Shown here piece by piece: positions 42,351 through 52,901 of a stretch of 64,000 nt of DNA (positions within the stretch are counted from its first letter, which is position 1; each line of letters opens with the position of its first letter). Location of the stretch: NCBI GenBank assembly GCA_963716395.1, contig OY970309.1:608001-672000 (forward strand), read 5' to 3'. Both the position numbers and the translations under genes were made by a program. Under the pieces are notes generated by a model that worked only from the letters and a program-made list of their open reading frames with translations, was not told where the DNA came from and did not search any database. This stretch comes from an uncultured Fibrobacteria bacterium. Lineage in GTDB: Bacteria > Fibrobacterota > Fibrobacteria > UBA11236.

Positions 42351-45300
42351 ATGGACCTGACCGCGCAATTGGGATTCAAGCACAATCAATCCGTGCTTCC
42401 GGAATACAACAACATTCTCCCCATCATCCAGCTCAAGCTGATGGCCACAGGGTATCGACCCTATCCCGAAAGCGAACACGCTTTGTTCACTTCGCTGTCA
42501 GCCGATTTGATCCGGAAAATCCAGGCCAAATTCCGGTCGTTCCCGGAACCGCTGTGTCCCACCGATCGCCGCCTGCAGGACTGTCTCGATCGCAACTTCG
42601 GCGACATCAAATCGCCCGGCCCCGGCAAGGTGGCGTTACCGCATCACACCCTGCACATGGATTTTCACGGCCTGGCGCGCACCTTGTCGCTGCCCCCCGA
42701 TCAGGACACGTTCCGGTCGGAGTATCTTGAAAGTTACCGGGTGGCGCAGGGCGTGCTCCACAATCCGGCCTCGGATCGCCGCACCACGGCCGGCACCTTC
42801 CACGTCTCCGAAGGCGGGCTGCCCATTCCGGCCGACAAGAAGGCCGTGCCGCGCGCGGTGTTCGCGCATCTCTTCTGGCACGCCGCGCACCCGCCCGAAG
42901 AATTGCTGGCGCTCCCCTTCACTTCGACGCTGCGGCATCCGGTGCGTGCCTTTACCTCGCTGCTTTTGCGGCCGCGCGTGTCGCCCGAAGTGCCGGGCCT
43001 CGCGCCCTACCAGGATATGGAAATCCGGTTTTTCGCGCCGGGCAGCTTTGTCAGCAACCTCGATTTCGTGGAATCGATTTTCGGCAACGCCGGCGACCCG
43101 TATCTGCCCGAAAACGACCCCGGCCTCGACGTCGAACATTTCTGCGGCGTGTCGGGTCTGGTGCTGTTGGCTCCCCACCTCACCCGGCTCACCAAAAAGA
43201 AACTCGGCCTTCCACGCGTTGCCGACGCCACGCCGCGCCAGGTGCGCGACGGCATGTGCTGGAAAAAAGAGGACGAACTGTACAACGATGGCCAGGCCTT
43301 CAAGGCCACCTTTCGCACCGGCGAGGGATTCATCGTCACCTTGCTGGCCGACAATTACTTCGGCTACGGCAAGAAAGAGGTCAAGACCCAGATCGGCTTT
43401 GCGGCCAACCTCGTGGGCCGCAGCGAAGAGGAGCATTCGGGCGGCGCCCTGGTCTTTCCCAGCTACAACCTGGGCGATTCGGTGCGCGGCGACTTGCGCT
43501 TCATCCGCCTGAACGGATTCACCTTCAAGCAGGTACTGCGGCAACTGGAGGGCGCGATCGAGCCGCAACCCGAAGGTTACGCCGTGGACAAGAAATTTCC
43601 CCACGTGATTTACATACCCGAAGACGCCGACATGGATTTGCCCACCCAGCGCATCGCCTGGGAGTCTGGCGGCCGCAGCGTCACCATTCCCTTGTTGCCG
43701 GGCAAGGTGTATCTGTATCCGAGCGGGTATAAGGTGCGCATGGAAAAACACCCCGGCGCGGAAACCTGGCGGCTCATCGGAACGGTGGCCGAAGGCACGC
43801 TGTGTCACAAGCCGTCGACCGTGTCGGGCGGCGGCAAAAGCGAGATCTCGAAGTCGGTAGCCGACGGCATGCTATACCGCCACGTTTACGTGCGCGATTT
43901 GCCGCGCGATTTCGAACAGGTCGACAAAATCCTGCGCCGCGACTACGGCGACCGTTTCAACACACCGCGCCGCCGCAAGGGCCCGTCGCGGCCTTTTCTC
44001 TCGCCCGAACGATCGCTGGGATCGGTGGTGCGTCTGCTGACGCCTTCCCCCGAATACACCGAGGCGTACAACCGCTGGCTGCGGAGCATTCCGCCGCATG
44101 TGCGCAGCCTGGCGCTCCTGGTCAAGCGCGGCCATCTGCCGGAATGGGGCGAGGATTACCACCGCCACTTCACCGTCGATGTGCTCGACGGCCGGCCGGG
44201 CAACGAACTCGTGTTCCACCACCGCCATCTGGTCAACGGTTATCTCAAATGCGGCACACGCGAAGACGGCAGTTGGATGGTGTTCCGCCTGCGCATGGAC
44301 TACGTGCCCGCGCAGAAGCTGCAAGTCGAAGACGACATCTCGGTTTCCACCGTGCTGCCGTCACCCCTGGCCGATGGCCGCGTCAGCTTCAAGTTCGTGG
44401 AGAATTGCGAGTACCGTCTTTTCCAGCGCCCCGACGATGCCATCATACCCGGCAAAGACCATCAAGCCGAGGCCGATTTGGCCGGTTCGGCGCGCTTCAT
44501 CTCGAATTTCGAGCCCTTGCAGGCCTCCGAAGCCAGGCGCCTGCTCGATCACGTGATCCAATTCGAGCGGTTCACTCCGCCCATGCGCGCGCGCATCCGC
44601 CAGGTGGCCGAAAACCACCGCGGCTATTTCGTGTGTTCGAACGCGCCGCGCATTGTGCAGGGCAAACCCACCGGCAATGTGCGCTATCTGCAGGACCGGC
44701 CCGACGTGCTGCATCCCCTGCAATACCACATCGCGGAAATGGGCATGCGCCTGCGCCGCGGCCTCTCGCCCTCCGATCCCGTGTGGACGCCGGCGCAAAC
44801 CGTGCTCATCGGCCGGCGCAACAATCCCCCGGATCGCAAGGCCGGTATCAAACCCCTGGCCGTGTATAATCCCCTGCACTTCCAAGAATTGCCCGAAGCG
44901 TTCATGGATTTCATCGCCAGCCTGTCGGGCAAATCGCCGTCGACCACGGGTGCGGGTTCCGAAGGCGCGCTCACCAAATCGCCCTTCAACGCGCTCTGGC
45001 CCGTGCATGACCTCAACAATGCGCTGGTGTCGTACATCCTCACCGACTTGCAGATCTTCAGCACTCCCGCGGGATATATCGGGTCGAAGTACCGTGTGGA
45101 TCACGACATCAGCCTGCTCATGCCCGAGATGTGGGCGCGGTTGTCGTCCGAAGAACGCGACGCGCGCAAACTAATCGAGCGCGGTTTTTTGACCCGCATG
45201 GAGGACTTCACCTTCAACCGCAAAACCATCGCGGCCGGCCGGCTCGGCTACCGCATCAACACCCGGTTCCTGCATGCCTTTTTCGGCCGCATGTTCAGCG

Positions 45301-45848
45301 AACCCACCTTGGTGTTTCCCGAAGACATGCTGGCGCCGGAAAAGCAAAGCCTGCGCGACTTCGTCGACGGGGTGGAGAACATCGTATCCGGCCAGCGCCA
45401 GGCCGCGCGTTACTACTTCGAAGACGGCAGCATCGATGCCGCCTGTCCCCCGCTCAAGGCCCTGTTGCACATCATGGTGCACGGCGACTACGAAGGAATG
45501 ACGTTGGAATCCCGCGAGTTCCGCGCGCAATTTGCGCGCGACGCCCTGCTGCAATCCGACTGGTACCGTGCGCGTTTGCAGCGCCAACAACGCCGCGATG
45601 TGGACCATTGGCAACGCCGCCTGGCCTATGTGGAGGGTTTTTTAGCCGACCCGTCCAATCGGCGCATGGCGCACGATTTGAAACTGCGCGAGCGCCTGGC
45701 TTTCGCGCAGAAAAAATTGAAGGAATGTCGCCAGCCGGGTTTTCTCGAAGACTTGATGGGAACCCTGGGGGCCGACGCGATTCCAACGGCCGAACTTTCT
45801 TCTCCCCCGCCTGCGCCGCAACGGACACGGATCAAACGTCGGCGTTAG
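42351..45848 (+). CDS. Pyrophosphate-dependent phosphoenolpyruvate carboxykinase (PPi-PEPCK)
   Basis: 1165 aa with GVLHNPASDRRTT.GTFH, ADNYFGY.KKEVKTQI, EEEHSGG, HKPSTVSGGGKSEISK, CEYRLFQRPDDA and GKSPSTTGAGSEGALTK motifs. Confidence 0.88.
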   Translation: MDLTAQLGFKHNQSVLPEYNNILPIIQLKLMATGYRPYPESEHALFTSLSADLIRKIQAKFRSFPEPLCPTDRRLQDCLDRNFGDIKSPGPGKVALPHHTLHMDFHGLARTLSLPPDQDTFRSEYLESYRVAQGVLHNPASDRRTTAGTFHVSEGGLPIPADKKAVPRAVFAHLFWHAAHPPEELLALPFTSTLRHPVRAFTSLLLRPRVSPEVPGLAPYQDMEIRFFAPGSFVSNLDFVESIFGNAGDPYLPENDPGLDVEHFCGVSGLVLLAPHLTRLTKKKLGLPRVADATPRQVRDGMCWKKEDELYNDGQAFKATFRTGEGFIVTLLADNYFGYGKKEVKTQIGFAANLVGRSEEEHSGGALVFPSYNLGDSVRGDLRFIRLNGFTFKQVLRQLEGAIEPQPEGYAVDKKFPHVIYIPEDADMDLPTQRIAWESGGRSVTIPLLPGKVYLYPSGYKVRMEKHPGAETWRLIGTVAEGTLCHKPSTVSGGGKSEISKSVADGMLYRHVYVRDLPRDFEQVDKILRRDYGDRFNTPRRRKGPSRPFLSPERSLGSVVRLLTPSPEYTEAYNRWLRSIPPHVRSLALLVKRGHLPEWGEDYHRHFTVDVLDGRPGNELVFHHRHLVNGYLKCGTREDGSWMVFRLRMDYVPAQKLQVEDDISVSTVLPSPLADGRVSFKFVENCEYRLFQRPDDAIIPGKDHQAEADLAGSARFISNFEPLQASEARRLLDHVIQFERFTPPMRARIRQVAENHRGYFVCSNAPRIVQGKPTGNVRYLQDRPDVLHPLQYHIAEMGMRLRRGLSPSDPVWTPAQTVLIGRRNNPPDRKAGIKPLAVYNPLHFQELPEAFMDFIASLSGKSPSTTGAGSEGALTKSPFNALWPVHDLNNALVSYILTDLQIFSTPAGYIGSKYRVDHDISLLMPEMWARLSSEERDARKLIERGFLTRMEDFTFNRKTIAAGRLGYRINTRFLHAFFGRMFSEPTLVFPEDMLAPEKQSLRDFVDGVENIVSGQRQAARYYFEDGSIDAACPPLKALLHIMVHGDYEGMTLESREFRAQFARDALLQSDWYRARLQRQQRRDVDHWQRRLAYVEGFLADPSNRRMAHDLKLRERLAFAQKKLKECRQPGFLEDLMGTLGADAIPTAELSSPPPAPQRTRIKRRR

Positions 45849-46037
45849 GGTCCGTTAAGAAATCACTGCGTTACACCGAGGGCGAAGCGAGGGCGAAGCG
45901 AGGGCGAAGAGTCGCCCGCCAGGCAAGGCGCGAGGAGCGCGCATACCGGGAGTATGTAAGCGCCGAGTCCGCCAGAGGCGGACAGCTTGGCAGGATGCAT
46001 CTTCGACCGAATGGAGCGGTTATGTCTTAACGGACCC
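45848..46037. mobile_element. 190-bp MITE-like element with 13-bp terminal inverted repeats and TTA target duplication
   Basis: TTA|GGGTCCGTTAAGA ... TCTTAACGGACCC|TTA. Internal 3x CGAGGGCGAAG and a TCCGCCAGAGGCGGA palindrome. Confidence 0.85.
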
Positions 46038-46051
46038 TTAACCCGCCCCGA

Positions 46052-46864
46052 TTAATTGGGGGCGTTGGATCCGTCGGCTTCGGAAACCACCGAAGCCGGG
46101 CTCAGCAAGCGGCTGAATCGGGGAACGGCGGCAGCAGGAGTTGCGCCGGCCAGCAGGGGCGCCACTTCCGCGTGGCTCAGCGAAAGCCGCACCGAGGCCA
46201 GGCTGTCGCCCTCGACGACGAGAATATTCTCGGGCAAAAAGCGGCCGCCTTCGGGCCGGTAGTCGCCGACTTCCAACGATTTGAGCTGTTTGCCGTCGGG
46301 GCTGAAAAACACCACGCGCCGCACCAAAACCGGCGCTTTCTGCATGGTAACGTCAAGATAACCGTAACGCGATTGTACCGACGGTCTGAGTCGCACGCTG
46401 AGCTGCACCGTAGAATCGGTCTCGTCCAGTTTTTTGCACGATTCGGGATCCTGAAAATATCCCGCGGGGAATTTGGCCAGGTCTTCATAGGTGAATAGGG
46501 TGCCGAAGGCCGGCTTTTTGTAGGAATGAAAGGGAACGCGGTACAGGCGATCGGTGACGTCGTTTTTCCACCATTGCACCTGGCCGGAATCGCGCGACCA
46601 CCATTCGTAGGCTTCTTGTCGATTCTGCAAACGCAGACTGCGCATGCCGGCGGAGTCGCCGAAATCGGCCCGGCCGGCCAGCGAATCATGGCCGCGGGCC
46701 AAGGAGTTTTCCACCCAAACCACCTGGCAGGAATAATGACCCGGGTATTGATTGGCGACGGCTTGTTCCAAAAGCGCCGATGCCGGCGCATCGATCGCCG
46801 AATCGTTCGCCGCCGCTCCGGCCGGCGCACACATCATGACCATCGAGACCCACAGGCTTTGCAT
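46052..46864 (-). CDS. Outer-membrane lipoprotein-sorting (LolA-like) protein
   Basis: Signal peptide; FGT.FTYEDL and F...GK.LK.L motifs. Confidence 0.7.
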   Translation of the reverse strand: MQSLWVSMVMMCAPAGAAANDSAIDAPASALLEQAVANQYPGHYSCQVVWVENSLARGHDSLAGRADFGDSAGMRSLRLQNRQEAYEWWSRDSGQVQWWKNDVTDRLYRVPFHSYKKPAFGTLFTYEDLAKFPAGYFQDPESCKKLDETDSTVQLSVRLRPSVQSRYGYLDVTMQKAPVLVRRVVFFSPDGKQLKSLEVGDYRPEGGRFLPENILVVEGDSLASVRLSLSHAEVAPLLAGATPAAAVPRFSRLLSPASVVSEADGSNAPN

Positions 46865-46943
46865 CGAATACCCCCTCCCGTTGAGAATACTTTAGATCGA
46901 TTTGAATTGTCTATGTTGCTATTCCTACCCCGCGGAGGTCGAA

Positions 46944-47417
46944 ATGTCACCAGCCGTACAACCCATTCCCGACGGATATCATTCGATCACACCCTATCTT
47001 TCCCTTGCCGGCGCCGCCGCAGCCTTGACGTTTTATCAAAAAGCCTTTGGCGCCCGGGAAATTTATCGTCTGGACATGCCGGGCGGCCGCATCGGACATG
47101 CGGAAATCCAAATCGGCAATTCCCGCCTGATGCTGGCCGATGAATTTCCCGACATGCCCGATGCCTTGGCCAAAAGCCCGCTGTCGTTGCAGGGTTCGAC
47201 GTTCGGAATTTGCCTGTATGTGGAAAACGCCGACGCGACGTTTGCCTGCGCCGTAGAAGCGGGTGCCACAGTGAAGCGGCCGCTGGCGGATCAATTTTAC
47301 GGCGACCGCAGCGGCACGGTGCAGGATCCCTTCGGGCATTATTGGACCATCGCCACCCACATCGAAAATGTTTCTCCCGAAGAGATGGCGCGGCGTATGG
47401 CTATGCAACATCCCTAG
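46944..47417 (+). CDS. VOC/glyoxalase (PhnB-like) protein
   Basis: IPDGYHSITPYL, HAEIQIG and DQFYGDRSG...DPFGH.W motifs. Confidence 0.93.
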   Translation: MSPAVQPIPDGYHSITPYLSLAGAAAALTFYQKAFGAREIYRLDMPGGRIGHAEIQIGNSRLMLADEFPDMPDALAKSPLSLQGSTFGICLYVENADATFACAVEAGATVKRPLADQFYGDRSGTVQDPFGHYWTIATHIENVSPEEMARRMAMQHP

Positions 47418-47605
47418 CGATTCCCGTCTTAAACGCAGCGCCAGTTTCGTTCCGCATATGAATTTCAGGCGATTGGGGTTTGCGCCTCATACCCTGTGGA
47501 TTGCCGTTTATTGACATTGGCTCTTTGTGTCCATCGTGATTTGAATCTGTTAAAACGTGGTTCGGAAAATTAGCGGATTTTCCCTGGAATCGCCCTGAAT
47601 ACGCC

Positions 47606-47622
47606 TTGGCATATGGCTTGCA
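47606..47622 (+). promoter_or_regulatory. Putative sigma54 (-24/-12) promoter
   Basis: TTGGCATATGGCTTGCA fits TGGCA-N6-TTGCA with GG-N10-GC spacing, about 100 nt upstream of the 47722 ORF. Confidence 0.6.
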
Positions 47623-47721
47623 CGTTTGAAGCATTAATGTGACCAATTTGAAATTTGAATTTTCTGGATTGTGCGGCGCGTTTGTTGTCATGGACCGGAA
47701 CGAAATTATTAGGGAGGAAAT

Positions 47722-48234
47722 ATGCGTTTCCTGATTCCCATTTCCTACTTGACTCTGCGCTTGGTTTTGACCAATACCACCCCGAGCGACAGCCCGAATT
47801 CTTTTCCGCCGCGCAATGCCTGGATGCGATGGACTGCCAACGACACGGGTAAATCGCGCACCGCCGAATCACTTGCGACAAACAGATTTTCCCTGTGGCA
47901 GCCTAACACGGCTTTCGGTGTCGACTCCCCTGAGGAAATCGCCGATACATTCCGCACACACTCTCAGGAGCCGCAAATTCAAAATCTTGCGCCGTCGTAT
48001 CGGACCAGGCTCGAAACCGCCCAAGATACCGGAATCTTTATTTTGCGCCAGCAATATCCGGGAAGAAGCGCGCAACTCGAAGTCACCGATGTATTCGGAA
48101 AACCGCTTTGGTCGGCCCTGTGGCGTTCCCAAACTCTGCGGTTGGATTTATCCGGACAACCCAAAGGTATTTATTTCGTCAAATTGCTCTTCGCCGATCA
48201 CCGACAGGAAATATTGCGGGTCAATTCGAATTGA
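47722..48234 (+). CDS. Small protein with T9SS-like C-terminal sorting domain
   Basis: GGAGG RBS and tail VTDVFG..LDLSGQPKGIYFVKL. Confidence 0.7.
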   Translation: MRFLIPISYLTLRLVLTNTTPSDSPNSFPPRNAWMRWTANDTGKSRTAESLATNRFSLWQPNTAFGVDSPEEIADTFRTHSQEPQIQNLAPSYRTRLETAQDTGIFILRQQYPGRSAQLEVTDVFGKPLWSALWRSQTLRLDLSGQPKGIYFVKLLFADHRQEILRVNSN

Positions 48235-48598
48235 TCCATGTCTTACGCATCGTCAGCCTTTTAGCGCAGGCTTCAGACCTTAGTGTGCCGGGAAAGACTT
48301 TGACTTTGAAATGACGCCCCACTTGGTGTAATGTATTCGTTCACGACTGCGCAAATTCCGATGTTTTGGGTTGGCGAATGTATTCAAAATTTCGGCTCCT
48401 TGCCTTCTTTGTTGGGACAACGACGGGTAAAACTTCGCGGCTAAATTTTCAACCGCCGTGGAACAAGTCGTGATAATTACCCCGATTTAATCCGACTATC
48501 AAAATGCGGAGAACGGAACCAAGACAAAATCCAAAAATGCCGAAGGGAAAGTAAATTAATACTGGAGATAAGCATACCAACAATCTCCAGGAGGAACT

Positions 48599-48844
48599 AT
48601 GAAAAAACTAGCAATTGCCTTTATGGCCGTTACTATGACGAGTAGTTTGATGGCGGGGCCGCTGAAAGGCCACCGCAATTTAGATGAGGCCCATAACAAA
48701 ATAAAAATGGCTATTGCCGCCATGGTACGGGCCCAGAAGGCGAATCATTATGATTTGGCGGGGCATGCGGCCAAAGCCGAAGCGCTGCTTCGCGAAGCGG
48801 AAAAGGAGATTACCTTGGCCGCGGAAACGGCAAACTCGAAATAA
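48599..48844 (+). CDS. Small secreted helical protein
   Basis: GGAGG RBS, signal peptide and H.NL..A..AQKANHYDL.GHAAKA pattern. Confidence 0.8.
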   Translation: MKKLAIAFMAVTMTSSLMAGPLKGHRNLDEAHNKIKMAIAAMVRAQKANHYDLAGHAAKAEALLREAEKEITLAAETANSK

Positions 48845-49038
48845 TCAACACTTGATTTGATTTTTTCAGTCAACAACGAGTCTCGAATCAAATATTTGCT
48901 GGCCCGGCCGGACTCGGGCGCCCCATCCGGCTTGGCCTGCGGTGCGATGAGCACTGCATGCCAAGCGCCTCGTCCTACTGACCAAACGCGCGCTTTTCCG
49001 CCCGATCAAACCCTTTCGCCATTATTTTTCGAGAGCGA

Positions 49039-49647
49039 TTAATCATCATTTAACCCTTTTCCAGCCAGAATTTTCGGCGCGTATTTTTCAACCCTTGCTG
49101 CCCGGGTTGCAGATTGCTTGGGCGCGGAAAAATGCAGCAGGTAGGCCCTTTGCCTTCCCGGGGTCAACGCCTCGAAGGCCATTTTCAACTTCGGGTTTTC
49201 GGCCAATTTATGTTTAAACTCCTCGGCAACTGCAAACTCCGCAGGTTTTTTCAAATTCACTTTTAAACCCGACTTTTCCACTGCAATGGCCTGATGGATA
49301 TAGTCTTTGAGCGCGGCCTCCATCCCAACTATTTCCCGGAAATTGGCGAACCGAATTTGACGCGCCGCTTGCACGTTCTCCGTTTGTTGGACCAGAATAT
49401 TCCCAGGATCCTTTAACAAAGCGCCTTTGAAAAACAGGAGCGCACAATAATCTTTAAAGCCGTGTATTAACACGATGTTTTTCTTCTCCAACGAGTAACA
49501 AGGCCACCCCCACTTCAATTCTTCGGTCAACTTGCAGCCGAGCGCAATTTTTCGCAACCTCTCCATTTCTTTTCGCCACATTTTGGCTGCTTTTAGAACA
49601 GCATCGATTTTGGGATTCGAATTATTTTTCGCGATATTCTTCGCCAT
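49039..49647 (-). CDS. YdeI/OmpD-associated family protein (DUF1801)
   Basis: EELKWG.PCY, FFKGALL and ALTPGRQRAY..KQS.TR motifs. Confidence 0.92.
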   Translation of the reverse strand: MAKNIAKNNSNPKIDAVLKAAKMWRKEMERLRKIALGCKLTEELKWGWPCYSLEKKNIVLIHGFKDYCALLFFKGALLKDPGNILVQQTENVQAARQIRFANFREIVGMEAALKDYIHQAIAVEKSGLKVNLKKPAEFAVAEEFKHKLAENPKLKMAFEALTPGRQRAYLLHFSAPKQSATRAARVEKYAPKILAGKGLNDD

Positions 49648-49950
49648 AGTATTCTCGTTAACCTTGTTTTGCGGTGGGGAGCGGCAGCATGCGTCTTATT
49701 TTGAAATCGTTCAGAAAAATTAATTTTCGACTCCGCCTTATTGTAATAGCCTCCGATTCACGATCTTGAACTGCCACTCCTCATCGCCGCGCGCTCCCCA
49801 AGGATCGTAGCGGCTTGAAAGAAAGCGAACTGTCCCCACGGCCTGGGCGGATGGCAAAACCTATTTGGGTTCGCGCTAAGGCAGACGACCCGCAGGAATC
49901 GGACATCATTATTTTCGCCATTCCATGTTTTTGATTAGGATAGCCGCCGC

Positions 49951-50269
49951 CTACTTGCGCAGGACTTCCGCCCACAGTCGGTCCAGGTTTTGCTCGTTAG
50001 CAGAAATGACAATCCCTTTGCTCTTGTCGGCAACTTTCGAATTTTCGAATTCCTGCGACCATGTAACCAAAGTGTTTTCTCCCGAGGCGACGAGTTCAAT
50101 AGTCAATCGATACCTTGGTTCCCCCGTTTTTAAATTCACAAACGCTGAATGTGTTCGTGAAACCGGCCGGCCCCCACCATCGGGCCAGACGTTCCGGATG
50201 GCGGAAAGCGGCAAATACTTCTTCTAAGGTTTTTGGAATTTCCCGAGACGTGCTGAACGTCGTCATCAT
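49951..50269 (-). pseudogene. SRPBCC/AHSA1-domain gene with internal deletion and frameshift
   Basis: MMTTFSTSREI..VFAAF..PERLARWWGPAGFTNTFSVCEFKNGG then stops early. The C-terminal half EPRYRLTIEL..ANEQNLDRL is in another frame. Confidence 0.8.
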
Positions 50270-50340
50270 TCTCTCCGATTCGCGGTTTTATAGCTACAAC
50301 TTTTGCCGAGACGCGCTTCGGTGCTCATTTTCGGCCCTGT

Positions 50341-50378
50341 AACACAAAGGCTACCTCGGCGTGCCGCCAAGGTAGCCT
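50341..50378 (-). terminator. Terminator after recA
   Basis: AGGCTACC..GGCG/CGCC..GGTAGCCT stem with a T-rich tail. Confidence 0.7.
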
Positions 50379-50402
50379 CGTTTTTCCCATCCGAAGCCCG
50401 GG

Positions 50403-51509
<1,107 letters not shown>

Positions 51510-51537
51510 GCGCAACTCCTGCAAGGTGATGGCGAGT

Positions 51538-51580
51538 ATTTTAACAAATACTGCTCTTTTGTGCAATGCCTTTTTGAGCA
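51538..51580 (-). promoter_or_regulatory. recA promoter overlapped by Fibrobacter-type LexA (SOS) box(es)
   Basis: Minus-strand TTGCAC-17 nt-TAAAAT. TGCTC-TTTT-GTGCA at 51552-51565 matches TGCNC-N4-GTGCA, and a degenerate copy lies at 51567-51580. Confidence 0.75.
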
Positions 51581-51587
51581 GAAAATT

Positions 51588-52859
51588 TTATTCTGGTAAC
51601 TCATTGAAAATAAACAACCTAAGACGATTCAAAGCCGTGTAGGCGCTGCGCCAGCGAATGGATTTGCGATCACCGCGAAACTGAAATCGGTAAGCTTCGG
51701 CTTGGCGTTTCGAAGCCACGGCCATATAAACCAGGCCCACGGGTTTCTCCGGACTTCCGCCCTCGGGCCCCGCAATACCGGTGATGGACACAGCATAGTC
51801 GGCGCCGGCCGCCGCCAAACAACCGCGGGCCATGGCCAAAGCCACGGGCTCCGAAACCGCGCCATGGCGTGCGATCAAATCCGCAGACACACCGAGCATT
51901 TGCGTCTTGGCCTCATCAGCATAGGTCAGATAACCTTGCCGAAACACGGCGGAACTGCCCGGCGTTTCGGTGAGCAGATACCCGAGGGCGCCGGCCGTGC
52001 AGGATTCGGCCGTGGCTACCGTGGCGCGGCGGTCGCGCAGCAATTGCAATACCGCTTGGGTCAAGGGCAATCCGGAGCGATCCACGATGCATTCCGGCGG
52101 CAGGCGGCCGAGCAAGTCGTTCCAGGCCGCATCGAGGCGCGTTTCCACCGCGGCGGACGCGGCGGATCCGTTCAGAGGCACGAAGGCTTCGAGGGCAATG
52201 ACCACGCCGGATTCGGTCGGCAGAGACGAATACCGGAACGGCGGCGGCGGAACAAAGCCCCGCAGCAATTCGCGCTGCCGGCTTTCGGGTAACTCGAAAG
52301 TGACGATGCGCCGGCGTAACAGCGAAGCGTCGCGCCGCTCCAGCAGCGGGCGGCAATGGGCGTCGAACAGGGCGCGGAATTCCGCCGGCACGCCAGGCAG
52401 GGCGAACAGGGTCGCACCGGCGCGTTCGCAGGCGAAGCCGCAGGCCGTGCCCGCCGGATTTCTCAACGCACGCGCGCCGGAAGGTATCTCGAGCTGGGGG
52501 TGTTGGCCGGCGGGAATCGCATCGGCGGAAACGCCCAACCGTTCGGACAGCCAGGCCGCGGCCTCGGCGCTGAACACGAGCGGCACTCCCAAAAATCCGG
52601 CCACGGCTTCCCGCGTCCGGTCATCGGCCGTGGGGCCGAGCCCGCCGGTCACAAGCAGCATCTCACAGCGCAAGGCCGCATCGCCTGCGAACGCGCTGCG
52701 CAAAACCGCTTGGATGGCTTCGAGGCCGTCGCCGATCACCCAGGCGAAGGCCAATTCATGCCCGAGTTCGGCCAACAGGCCGGCCGCATCAAAAGCATTG
52801 GTGTTGAGGGTCTTTCCCAGCAGGAGTTCGTCGCCGATATTGACAAGGCCGATGCGCAT
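51588..52859 (-). CDS. cinA: CinA family (MoCF-like domain + NMN amidohydrolase PncC)
   Basis: IGDELL.G...NTN, TGGLGPT.DD.T, LPGVP.E, AESCTAG, GAVSE and SITGIAGP.GG motifs. Confidence 0.94.
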   Translation of the reverse strand: MRIGLVNIGDELLLGKTLNTNAFDAAGLLAELGHELAFAWVIGDGLEAIQAVLRSAFAGDAALRCEMLLVTGGLGPTADDRTREAVAGFLGVPLVFSAEAAAWLSERLGVSADAIPAGQHPQLEIPSGARALRNPAGTACGFACERAGATLFALPGVPAEFRALFDAHCRPLLERRDASLLRRRIVTFELPESRQRELLRGFVPPPPFRYSSLPTESGVVIALEAFVPLNGSAASAAVETRLDAAWNDLLGRLPPECIVDRSGLPLTQAVLQLLRDRRATVATAESCTAGALGYLLTETPGSSAVFRQGYLTYADEAKTQMLGVSADLIARHGAVSEPVALAMARGCLAAAGADYAVSITGIAGPEGGSPEKPVGLVYMAVASKRQAEAYRFQFRGDRKSIRWRSAYTALNRLRLFIFNELPE

Positions 52860-52901
52860 CGGAGAAATATAGGGAGTTCCGGGTGTGTATTTTTCGGCAG
52901 C

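Noticed and set aside
45877-45909. 3x CGAGGGCGAAG as a possible CRISPR or iteron array
   Set aside because: The copies are contiguous with no spacers, lie inside a MITE, and have no cas or rep genes nearby.
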